Of a stretch of DNA of 44,992 nt, positions 30,713-38,546 are shown piece by piece; the first letter of the stretch is position 1, and each line of letters starts with the position of its first letter. The notes under the pieces were generated by a model. That model was not told the origin of the DNA, ran no database searches, and saw nothing but the letters and a program-made list of their open reading frames with translations. The stretch is from Saprospirales bacterium (lineage in GTDB: Bacteria > Bacteroidota > Bacteroidia > Chitinophagales > CAMDFR01), in the NCBI GenBank assembly GCA_947464015.1, contig CANHVE010000002.1, positions 1-44,992 on the forward strand, read 5' to 3'. A program made the translations under genes and the position numbers.

Positions 30713-31210
30713 ATGAATCAGAATTTACCATTGAAGCAAAGACCTTTTGACATTTTCTTTATTGTAATGTTTTGTTTATTCTTTATCACTTCTATGATTT
30801 CAGATGCGGTGCCTACTTTAGGTGTAGAGATGAGTGCTACCTCTACGAATTGGTTCTCTAGAGCTAATTACGGATATGCGAATGGGTGTGATCCTTTATT
30901 TATGAATCCTCCAGTTTGGATGCAAATGGTAACAGGTTTATCGGCATTTGTATACGGACCATTTTATTTAATTTTAGCTTACTGTATTTATAAAGGATAT
31001 AATCGTATTCAAGTACCCGCTATTATGTATGGTACTGCTATATCGGTTATAACTGGTGTAATAGTATTTGGGGTGGAGTTTTTTGGGGAGCCAGAATGGC
31101 GTTGTCAGAACCTTGGAAGATTCTTACCATTAAATTTACCGTATGTCATCATCCCTATTTTATTAATTATTCGGATGCGCAAAGAGAATCCATTTACACG
31201 GAAATTTTAA
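30713..31210 (+). CDS. Four-TM membrane protein resembling the EXPERA domain (TMEM97/sigma-2 receptor, emopamil-binding protein superfamily)
   Basis: It has four predicted TM helices. The pattern CDPLFMNPPVWMQMV...VYGPFYLILAYCIYKG..RIQVPAIMYG and the terminal NLPYVIIPILLIIRMRK match my recollection of TMEM97 (DPLL..PPAWFKSF...QLPFF..YAFLKG..WIRTPAIIY...YAPYLLIPFILL). The start is 5 nt after the DUF2490 stop. Confidence 0.55.
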   Translation: MNQNLPLKQRPFDIFFIVMFCLFFITSMISDAVPTLGVEMSATSTNWFSRANYGYANGCDPLFMNPPVWMQMVTGLSAFVYGPFYLILAYCIYKGYNRIQVPAIMYGTAISVITGVIVFGVEFFGEPEWRCQNLGRFLPLNLPYVIIPILLIIRMRKENPFTRKF

Positions 31211-31862
31211 TCGCTTTTTGATAGGCTTTATACCAATGATAAAAGCCATAAGCGGCAATGATGCAGAAAATTACATATTCAATCGATACTAGTTTAATAT
31301 CTTTAATGAGATAAACAATCGATAGAATAATATCTACAATCAACCAAACAATCCAAGCTTCTAATTTCTTTTTCATTAATAAAAAAGTAGCATAGATACT
31401 TAAAACAGTAGTAAACGAATCGATATAAGGGAAGGCGCTTGGTAGACTAAATAATTTTGGAAACCATTCATGTAAGTGACTAGAAAATTTTCCTAAAAGG
31501 AGGGTAGCAAGTATACAGATGCTGGTATAAATCAGGATAGTTCGATTGCTACTTCTCGTTATTTTTAATTCTTTCTTATCATTTTCTTCTTCTTTTTTAG
31601 GGAATTTCCAAAAGAAAAATCCTATACAATTCGTAATGAAATAGAAAACCTGCAACATCATATCAGGATAGAGTTGTACTTGATAAAAAAGGATAAAAAA
31701 TAGTATGACATTGATTAGACCAATAATCCAACTCCATACATTTTCAATAGAAGAGAGGTAAACGGCAATAAGGCCCGTAACTACACCCCAAAATTCGATA
31801 TAGCTGAGCGGGTAGTCTAGTACTTCAAAAAATATATGATGTATACTAAAATAATTTTCCAA
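31194..31862 (-). CDS. pnuC: Nicotinamide riboside transporter PnuC; TTG start
   Basis: The sequence reads YIEFWGVVTGLIAVYLSSIENVWSWIIGLINVILFFILFYQVQLYPDMMLQVFYF...GFFFW, typical of PnuC. It has about 7 TM helices and is 222 aa long. Confidence 0.85.
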   Translation of the reverse strand: MENYFSIHHIFFEVLDYPLSYIEFWGVVTGLIAVYLSSIENVWSWIIGLINVILFFILFYQVQLYPDMMLQVFYFITNCIGFFFWKFPKKEEENDKKELKITRSSNRTILIYTSICILATLLLGKFSSHLHEWFPKLFSLPSAFPYIDSFTTVLSIYATFLLMKKKLEAWIVWLIVDIILSIVYLIKDIKLVSIEYVIFCIIAAYGFYHWYKAYQKAIKISV

Positions 31863-31920
31863 TATGATATGTTTGAGATTGTCTGTATCTTTAAGTTGTA
31901 AAAATGCTTATTTATTTTTT

Positions 31921-32640
31921 ATGATGAAAGAAAAAATTAGTTTCATTCTTTTTCTAGTCTTATCGAAACTTGTAGTTGCACAGGATGAAAAAGCATTTGA
32001 GTTATATAGTGCGGGTGTAAGAGCAGGATATTCCTACGAATTTGGAGTAGCTATCTTAAATTATACGGAAGCCATTAAATTAAAACCAGGTTATATGATG
32101 GCTTATTTTAATCGCGGGGCCGTGTATCTTAAAACACGCGAAAATGATAATGCCATTGCCGATATGCAGATGGTATTAAGCTTAGATTCTACTTATTATG
32201 ATGCGTATGCTTATTTAGGGGAAGCTTATATTGCAAAATCAGATATTGCTACAGCCAAAAAAATGTACGAATTTTTATTGAAAAAAATTCCGAATCATAA
32301 AAAAGGATTAGATGGAATGGCATTATGTTATTTCTATATGAATAAGTATGAAGAGAGTATAAAATACTATGATAAATATATCGAGTTAGTATATGATGAT
32401 CCAGAGGCTTATTATAAAAGAGGATTAGCGAAATTTTCATTAGATCAATATCAAAAAAGTATCGACGATTTTACAGAAGCTATTTCGTTTAGAAATAATT
32501 ATTGGCAAGCTTTAGATGCTCGCGCAAAAGCCTATCGATATATTGCTGACCTTGAAAATGCTTGTATTGATTGGCATCGATCCTTGCAATTAGGGAGTAA
32601 AGAAGCAGAAAAAAATATCCCTATTTATTGTACGAAATAA
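31921..32640 (+). CDS. Exported tetratricopeptide-repeat (TPR) protein
   Basis: Repeated 34-aa A..Y..A...P motifs are present (YFNRGAVYL, YAYLGEAYI, YYKRGLAKF). A signal peptide follows MMKEKISFILFLVLSKLVVAQ. The 31864 start would leave no space before the divergent pnuC. Confidence 0.75.
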   Translation: MMKEKISFILFLVLSKLVVAQDEKAFELYSAGVRAGYSYEFGVAILNYTEAIKLKPGYMMAYFNRGAVYLKTRENDNAIADMQMVLSLDSTYYDAYAYLGEAYIAKSDIATAKKMYEFLLKKIPNHKKGLDGMALCYFYMNKYEESIKYYDKYIELVYDDPEAYYKRGLAKFSLDQYQKSIDDFTEAISFRNNYWQALDARAKAYRYIADLENACIDWHRSLQLGSKEAEKNIPIYCTK

Positions 32641-32656
32641 TATCAAATAAAAATAT

Positions 32657-35038
32657 ATGAGAAAAGTTCTGATAGTGGCATGTTTCATAATATCCACCTA
32701 TACCTTATTTGCCCAAGAGAAATATTCAAAACTTAAAATTCATCTCGAGTCTAAACAGATGAGTGATTTAATATCATTGGGTTTGGAATTTGACCATGGG
32801 AACTATGAAGAAGGAAAATATTTTACTTCTGATTTTTCGGCCAGCGATCGATTGATTTTAGATCGTGCAGCTATTCCATATGAAGTATTGATTGATGATA
32901 TAGTAGCAGATTTAATAGAAAAGAATGCACTTTCAACAACAGACGAAAATCCACAGCCTAAAGCATTAAATTGTTTTGGAGGTACAACCTCATTACCTAC
33001 ATTACCCGCTCATTGGCATTTGGGAAGTATGGGCGGTTATTTTACCTATGCTGAATTACTTCAAATACTTGATTCGATGGCCTTAGAATATCCTAGCTTA
33101 ATTAGTGTAAAACGACCTATTAGTGATTCGTTATTGACTTTTGAAGGAAGACCAGTTTATATAGTGAAAATCTCGGATCATCCCGATTCAAATGAAACAG
33201 CAGAGCCTAAAGTGCTATATACTGCATTACATCATGCACGTGAGCCATTGTCATTATCGCAACTCGTTATGTATATGTATTATGTTTTAGAAAATTACAA
33301 TACTGATGCAACGATTAAAAATATAGTTGACAATACTGAAATGTATTTTGTTCCCTGTTTAAATCCAGATGGATATTTATATAATCAAACTACGAATCCT
33401 GGTGGGGGAGGGATGTGGAGAAAGAATAGAAAAAATAATGGGGATGGTACTTTTGGAGTTGATTTAAATAGAAATTATGGATTTTATTGGGGATATGATA
33501 ATGTTGGTTCTTCGCCAACTTCGAGCAATGAAACCTATAGAGGAACGATTGCTTTTTCTGAACCAGAAACCAAAATGATTCGCGATTTTACATCACAAGT
33601 TCCAATTGAAATCACGTTAAATTATCATACTTATGGCAATGATATAATTTACCCATGGGGACATGTACCTTATCTGACGCCAGATTCATCGGTATTTAAA
33701 AGATTTGCAGCGTATTTAATTGCAGAAAATAAGTATAAAGCAGGAACAGGATTTGAAACAGTTGGATATAATGTGAATGGCGATTCAGATGATTTTGGAT
33801 ATGGAGATTCTATCGCGAAACATCAGTATTATTCTATGACACCCGAATGTGGAGATGCCTTTTGGATGCCTTCTTCACAAATAACTGCAACCTGTCAGAA
33901 TTTATTATGGCAAAATATAAAGCTGCCATTATTAGTTTTAGATGTAGCTGATGTTACAGATAAAAATAAAACCTTGTTTACTCAAACATCAGGTCAATTA
34001 AAATTTGAAATAGAACGAATAGGTTTGCTAAATACCGATACTTTTCAAGTTCGATGTGTTTCTTTAAGCCCAGGATTGACGGTGTCTTCCAGTCCAATAG
34101 ATTTTGTAAATATGGATTTATTAGAACGAAGAACTGATAGTGTAAGCTATACGATTAATCCAAGTTTACTAAGTGCTAGTACGTTCTCCTATATATGGGA
34201 ATTAAATATGAATGGAGTTTTAATGTATGATACCATTTATAAATATTTTGAAGATTCATTAAGCACTATCTATTCAACGGATGCTACTAGTATTAGTGGA
34301 TGGACTAATTCTGGAACTAGAAATTGGGGTTTATCTACCACTCAATTTGTATCAGCAAGCACTTCTATTCACGATTCGCCAACGGGCAACTATGCCAATA
34401 ATACTTCTTATATTTTAACGAATAATATAATTTTTGATTTGACATATGCAAGTAAAGCATACTTAAATTATTACTGCAAATGGAATACGGAAGATAATTA
34501 TGATTATGCTCAAGTACTAGCTGTGGATGTTAATACGAGTGTGGCTACACCACTATGTGGCAGATATACTGTTGAAGGTTCAGTGAATGAAGACCCTAAC
34601 AAGCCTGTATATGATGGAGTTCAAAACGAATGGGTACAAGAAAGTATTGATTTATCAGATTTCTTAGGGAAACAAATTAAAATACAATTAAAATTAATTA
34701 CAGATCCTGGTACTGTAGCTGATGGATTTTATTTTGATGATATGGAAATAAGTGCAAAATTGGATAGTGTTATTGCGGGTATCCATGCGTATCAAACAGA
34801 AACATTTAATGTATATCCAACATTAACATCTGATGAAATTACGATTATAAATACCTCACATGAAATAATACACGGATATGAAATTATCGATCAGATGGGC
34901 AATATCATGGTTCAAAATCATCATTGTTCAAGTGATAAAGAACTGATTCATTTACGTAATTATTCAAGTGGCTTATATTATTTAAAAGTGTTAGACTCAA
35001 CTAATCAAGCACATATTTATAAATTGATGAAGTATTAG
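32657..35038 (+). CDS. M14-family zinc carboxypeptidase with MAM/immune-inhibitor-like middle domain and T9SS type-A C-terminal domain
   Basis: Motifs seen are LHHAREPLS (HxxE zinc site), GVDLNRNY and YHTYGN. The C-terminal FNVYPTLTSDEITI...GLYYLKVLD...HIYKLMKY resembles the Por secretion tail. Confidence 0.85.
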   Translation: MRKVLIVACFIISTYTLFAQEKYSKLKIHLESKQMSDLISLGLEFDHGNYEEGKYFTSDFSASDRLILDRAAIPYEVLIDDIVADLIEKNALSTTDENPQPKALNCFGGTTSLPTLPAHWHLGSMGGYFTYAELLQILDSMALEYPSLISVKRPISDSLLTFEGRPVYIVKISDHPDSNETAEPKVLYTALHHAREPLSLSQLVMYMYYVLENYNTDATIKNIVDNTEMYFVPCLNPDGYLYNQTTNPGGGGMWRKNRKNNGDGTFGVDLNRNYGFYWGYDNVGSSPTSSNETYRGTIAFSEPETKMIRDFTSQVPIEITLNYHTYGNDIIYPWGHVPYLTPDSSVFKRFAAYLIAENKYKAGTGFETVGYNVNGDSDDFGYGDSIAKHQYYSMTPECGDAFWMPSSQITATCQNLLWQNIKLPLLVLDVADVTDKNKTLFTQTSGQLKFEIERIGLLNTDTFQVRCVSLSPGLTVSSSPIDFVNMDLLERRTDSVSYTINPSLLSASTFSYIWELNMNGVLMYDTIYKYFEDSLSTIYSTDATSISGWTNSGTRNWGLSTTQFVSASTSIHDSPTGNYANNTSYILTNNIIFDLTYASKAYLNYYCKWNTEDNYDYAQVLAVDVNTSVATPLCGRYTVEGSVNEDPNKPVYDGVQNEWVQESIDLSDFLGKQIKIQLKLITDPGTVADGFYFDDMEISAKLDSVIAGIHAYQTETFNVYPTLTSDEITIINTSHEIIHGYEIIDQMGNIMVQNHHCSSDKELIHLRNYSSGLYYLKVLDSTNQAHIYKLMKY

Positions 35039-35137
35039 AATGATGAAATAATTTTCAATATCTAATGAGTTCTATTTTTGGACTTTATGAGTTGTTTATT
35101 TCAAATCTTCTTTTAAAGAAATATAGATATAGCCTTA

Positions 35138-36412
35138 CTACGTTTTCTGTTTTTTCTTCTTAGCAGCAGGAAATAACACATTGTTTAATATCAAGCGATA
35201 ACCCGGTGAATTAGGATGTAAATTCAAATCGGTTTTAGGATCACCTACTAAATGCTGATAGTCTTCTGGGTCATGTCCCCCATAAAAAGTCCACATGCCT
35301 TTTCCTAATTCGCCATGAATATATTTGGCTTCGTTTGCACTTTTATTTTCACCCATCACCAACACATTCTTTTTAATAAAATCATCATTAAAAGAAGTGG
35401 TTTGTCCCATAAATCCTTTGATAGTGCGAGTATGGCATTGAGTCAACATAGTTGGAACTTGATCCCATTTAGCACTGAAATCAAAGAGTGTAAAGTAGTC
35501 TAATTCTTTAGGTACATTTCTGCCTACATTCGCATCTATATCTGAATATTCATATTCAAAAGGATTATCATGTAAATGATAGTTTTCAAAAGCTAAGCCT
35601 TGTGAAAAATCGAGTTTTGCTTGTGCATTGGGGTCTTGTGCATCACCATCAAACATCTCCGAACAGATATCAGTACCTTCAGCCTCTAGTGCAATATCAT
35701 ATGAGTCGGTAGCGCTGCACATCGCAAACAAAAAGCCGCCCCCACTTACAAATTCTTTAATTCGTTTAGCTACTTCTAATTTCAGCTGACTCACTTTTTT
35801 TATGCCCCATTTTTTAGCCATCGCTTCATTTTCTGCTTTTTCGGCTTGATACCATTCCGCACCAGCATACTGCGCATAAAATTTACCTTGTTGGCCAGTA
35901 AAATCTTCATGGTGCAAATGCAACCAATCATACATGGGCAATTTCATACTCATAATTTCATCATCGTAAATGATATCATAAGGAATTTCAGCATAGCTTA
36001 ATACCATCGTTACTGCATCATCCCAAGGTTGTTTGGTCTTAGGGGAATAGACTGCAATTTTAGGTGCTTTTTCAAGTTTTACTACATCGGCATTCACTTC
36101 AGGGTCGGCTATTTGACTCAGTATAGCTGTATATTGAGCATCGGCAATAATTTGATAGGTGACACCTCGCACTACGCATTCGCTTTCGATATTGGCGATT
36201 TGTTTGGTAGCAAAACTCCCTCCTTTATAATTCAGTAACCAATCGGCCTCGCCACCATTTTGTAAAATCCAAAAAGCAATACCATAAGCTTTTAAATGAT
36301 TGGCTTGCGATTCATCCATCGGGATGAAAATATAGGCAGCACGAGCAGATTGGCCAAAGCCAAATGCCAAAAGCAATACAAATAAAAATATGTGATAGAA
36401 TGATTTTTTCAT
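35138..36412 (-). CDS. Exported conserved protein with class-I glutamine amidotransferase-like (DJ-1/ThuA-like) features; function unknown
   Basis: It has a signal peptide (MKKSFYHIFLFVLLLAFGFGQSARA). PKIAVYSP...WDD and GGGFLFAMCSATDSYD form a nucleophile-elbow-like Cys context. As I recall, homologues are often auto-annotated as 'asparagine synthetase B', which I cannot confirm here. The start at 36412 is supported by the -7 box at 36425-36432. Confidence 0.5.
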   Translation of the reverse strand: MKKSFYHIFLFVLLLAFGFGQSARAAYIFIPMDESQANHLKAYGIAFWILQNGGEADWLLNYKGGSFATKQIANIESECVVRGVTYQIIADAQYTAILSQIADPEVNADVVKLEKAPKIAVYSPKTKQPWDDAVTMVLSYAEIPYDIIYDDEIMSMKLPMYDWLHLHHEDFTGQQGKFYAQYAGAEWYQAEKAENEAMAKKWGIKKVSQLKLEVAKRIKEFVSGGGFLFAMCSATDSYDIALEAEGTDICSEMFDGDAQDPNAQAKLDFSQGLAFENYHLHDNPFEYEYSDIDANVGRNVPKELDYFTLFDFSAKWDQVPTMLTQCHTRTIKGFMGQTTSFNDDFIKKNVLVMGENKSANEAKYIHGELGKGMWTFYGGHDPEDYQHLVGDPKTDLNLHPNSPGYRLILNNVLFPAAKKKKQKT

Positions 36413-36424
36413 TATGTAGTAATA

Positions 36425-36432
36425 CAAATTTA
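36425..36432 (-). promoter_or_regulatory. -7 box TAAATTTG upstream of the 35138-36412 gene
   Basis: The minus strand reads CCCTTAAATTTGTATTACTACATAATG. The box ends 12 nt before the ATG and lies inside the longer track ORF. Confidence 0.4.
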
Positions 36433-36497
36433 AGGGCAAAACAGCGTTTTTGAACACAAAATTTATTAAATAATATTTTAGAGCTTATCTTTACTGC

Positions 36498-37571
36498 ATG
36501 TTAAAATACTTTGGGAATAAGATTATTTATAGCTTTTTAGTATTGAACGGGATTATAGCGATATTATTCTTATTGTTTAATATCATTCCCGTGAATAGTG
36601 CACGTATGACGATGGGGCAGCGAACCGATGCGCTTTCTGTAGCTCAAATGGAAAAGGAGTTTCGCTTAGATTTACCTTCTTGGAAGCGTTATTTACTTTA
36701 TTTAAATGATATATCTCCTATTTCTTATCACCGTAAAAACAGCGCGAGTCATTTGTTTTTAGATGATAAAATGTATGAGGTATATCAAAAAGTAGATGTG
36801 TCTTGTTGTGTCATCGCTTTAAAGAAACCCTTTTTAGGCACTTCTTACCAAAACGGAAAGCCTGTAATAGAATTGATAAAAAGCAAATTATTGAGCACTT
36901 TAATCATGGCTATATGTGCTACTATATTTGGGGCAATCATTGGAGTTTTATTAGGGGTTTGGTCGGCATTGAAGAAGAATACTTGGATTGATAATAGTAT
37001 TTTAGTCATTATTAATTTAGGGATATCGCAACCTTCTTATTTTTCGGCGATGATTTTATTATTGGTCTTGGTAAATATGCTAGGAGCCTATACCCACTTG
37101 AATTTCACGGGGTCCTTGATTGAATTAGATGATTATGGCGATAAAATATTTGTATGGAAAAATTTGATTATTCCCGTTTTGGCTCTAGGAGTAAGGCCTA
37201 TATCGATTATTTCGCAACTTACTCGAAGTACCATGTTAGATGTGATGGGTCAAGATTATATACGAACGGCTAAGGCTAAGGGATTGAGTCAAACGGTAGT
37301 GATTTTCAAGCATACTTTACGAAATGTATTGACGCCCGTAGCGACTTCCGTTACAGGCTGGTTTGCTTCTTTATTGGCTGGGGCGATGTTTGTGGAAGAA
37401 GTGCTGCATTGCAATGGATTAGGGTCATTGACAGTAAATGCCTTACGTAGTTTTGATATACCTGTAGTGATGGGATGTGTGCTGTATATAGCGCTGGTAT
37501 TTGTGTTGATCAATATTTTGACTGACTTTTTATATGCGTATTTAGATCCGCGGGTAAAGGTAGCGAAATAA
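36498..37571 (+). CDS. ABC transporter permease, binding-protein-dependent (DppB/OppB-like) family
   Basis: It has six predicted TM helices. The EAA-like loop reads DYIRTAKAKGLSQTVVIFKHTLRNVL and the C-terminus is DPRV. No partner ATPase, second permease or binding-protein gene is adjacent. Confidence 0.8.
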   Translation: MLKYFGNKIIYSFLVLNGIIAILFLLFNIIPVNSARMTMGQRTDALSVAQMEKEFRLDLPSWKRYLLYLNDISPISYHRKNSASHLFLDDKMYEVYQKVDVSCCVIALKKPFLGTSYQNGKPVIELIKSKLLSTLIMAICATIFGAIIGVLLGVWSALKKNTWIDNSILVIINLGISQPSYFSAMILLLVLVNMLGAYTHLNFTGSLIELDDYGDKIFVWKNLIIPVLALGVRPISIISQLTRSTMLDVMGQDYIRTAKAKGLSQTVVIFKHTLRNVLTPVATSVTGWFASLLAGAMFVEEVLHCNGLGSLTVNALRSFDIPVVMGCVLYIALVFVLINILTDFLYAYLDPRVKVAK

Positions 37572-37602
37572 ATTTATGTAAATTTTTTCTTGAACATTCA
37601 CC

Positions 37603-37648
37603 CTTGTTGGGTCTCCCGAACATTCGGGATGACCAACAAGTTTTATTT
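37603..37648 (+). terminator. Compound hairpin plus T-run after the ABC permease gene, a likely Rho-independent terminator
   Basis: The sequence is CTTGTTGG-gtc-TCCCGAA-ca-TTCGGGA-tga-CCAACAAG followed by TTTTATTT. The inner palindrome is copy A of the REP-like element. Confidence 0.65.
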
Positions 37649-37766
37649 AATCCTAAATACTATGAATATTACTCATTCATTTTGTGCTCAATAGCAGCAT
37701 ATTTTCGTTATAGCCTTCGGCGAGTAACTTTTTTTCTTAGTCAAAAAAAGTCACCAAAAAAGACAA

Positions 37767-37790
37767 GTCATCCCGAAGCTTCGGGATAAC
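37767..37790. repeat. REP-like palindromic element, copy B (copy A at 37611-37633)
   Basis: Copy B is GTCATCCCGAAGCTTCGGGATAAC and copy A is GTC-TCCCGAACATTCGGGATGAC. Both are near-perfect palindromes and I saw no other copy in this window. Confidence 0.5.
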
Positions 37791-37994
37791 CACTCCGTGT
37801 ATATTGACCTCCCACCGCACCCTAGGTTGATGGCTTAACTAGTAGAAGAAAAATAGTTCTTTTTATTACCCCGTAGTTGCTGTTTTCACACCACTTCATG
37901 ATTCCACCAGCCACACACCCGATGTTTTGGTAAGGGGGAACACCACAGGTTGGCGCATATTGGGTAATGATTTAAAAAAAAACGCAATAAGATG

Positions 37995-38025
37995 TTTGCA
38001 TCCTGATGAAAAAGCTATATCTTTG
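37995..38025 (+). promoter_or_regulatory. Bacteroidota sigma-A promoter of rplS (-33 TTTG, 19-nt spacer, -7 TATCTTTG)
   Basis: TTTG lies at 37995-37998 and TATCTTTG at 38018-38025, with the consensus 19-nt spacing. Both elements sit within a direct repeat TTTGCATCC(T/C)GAT. The -7 box ends 44 nt upstream of the rplS ATG. Confidence 0.55.
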
Positions 38026-38069
38026 CATCCCGATTTAAAAATTGGGTAAAAATTAAAAATTGAAATATC

Positions 38070-38426
38070 ATGAACGCATCAATTATTAAAGAAGTACAAG
38101 AGGCATTAACAGTAAAAAATAATATCCCTTCATTCAGAGCGGGTGATAATATTACTGTAGCATATAAAATTGTAGAGGGTAACAAAACTCGTACACAACA
38201 ATTCAAAGGCGATGTTATTCAAGTGAATGGCGATGGCGCTACTAAAACTTTCACTGTAAGAAAAATTTCTGACGGAGTAGGTGTTGAAAGAGTATTCCCT
38301 TTCAATTGTCCAAATGTTGAAGGAGTGGTTGTAAACAAAACAGGTAGTGTACGTAGAGCTAAAATTTACTACTTACGTAACTTAAGTGGTAAAGCTGCGA
38401 GAATTAAAGAAAAAAGAATGGTTTAA
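38070..38426 (+). CDS. rplS: 50S ribosomal protein L19
   Basis: The sequence reads IPSFRAGDNITVAYKIVEGNKTRTQQFKGDVI...TFTVRKIS.GVGVERVFP...SVRRAKIYYLR, the canonical L19 pattern. The length is 118 aa. Confidence 0.95.
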   Translation: MNASIIKEVQEALTVKNNIPSFRAGDNITVAYKIVEGNKTRTQQFKGDVIQVNGDGATKTFTVRKISDGVGVERVFPFNCPNVEGVVVNKTGSVRRAKIYYLRNLSGKAARIKEKRMV

Positions 38427-38456
38427 GATAATATTATCTTACACTTTAATAGATAG

Positions 38457-38487
38457 AAGTCCTCTCAAATTGAGAGGACTTTTTTTA
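38457..38487 (+). terminator. Rho-independent terminator after rplS
   Basis: The stem is AAGTCCTCTCA/TGAGAGGACTT (11 bp), the loop is AAT, and TTTTTT follows. Confidence 0.8.
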
Positions 38488-38529
38488 TGTTTAGACGATT
38501 GATTTAATCATATAAATTTTCTAATAACT

Positions 38530-38537
38530 TATCTTTG
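38530..38537 (+). promoter_or_regulatory. -7 box TATCTTTG upstream of the darA-like gene
   Basis: It matches TAnnTTTG and ends 9 nt before the ATG at 38547. The track's TTG start (38535) lies inside this box, so the ATG at 38547 is preferred. Confidence 0.45.
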
Positions 38538-38546
38538 CACCATACA

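Noticed and set aside
37604-37789. A 61-aa plus-strand ORF in the long intergenic region.
   Set aside because: It begins inside the terminator hairpin of the upstream gene, ends in the second palindrome, has no -7 box in front and has no recognisable protein features. It is most likely a chance ORF.
37790-37970. Tested whether the GC-richer core is tmRNA, RNase P RNA, SRP (4.5S) RNA or a known riboswitch.
   Set aside because: I could not find the diagnostic motifs. Those checked were a tRNA-like 3' end with TTCGA loop and CCA plus an ALAA-type tag, GAGGAAAGTCC and ACAGAA-type P4 strands, and a GGAA tetraloop with AGCA symmetric loop. I also looked for the B12 box and TPP, glycine and fluoride cores. 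It remains only an unassigned candidate (see findings).
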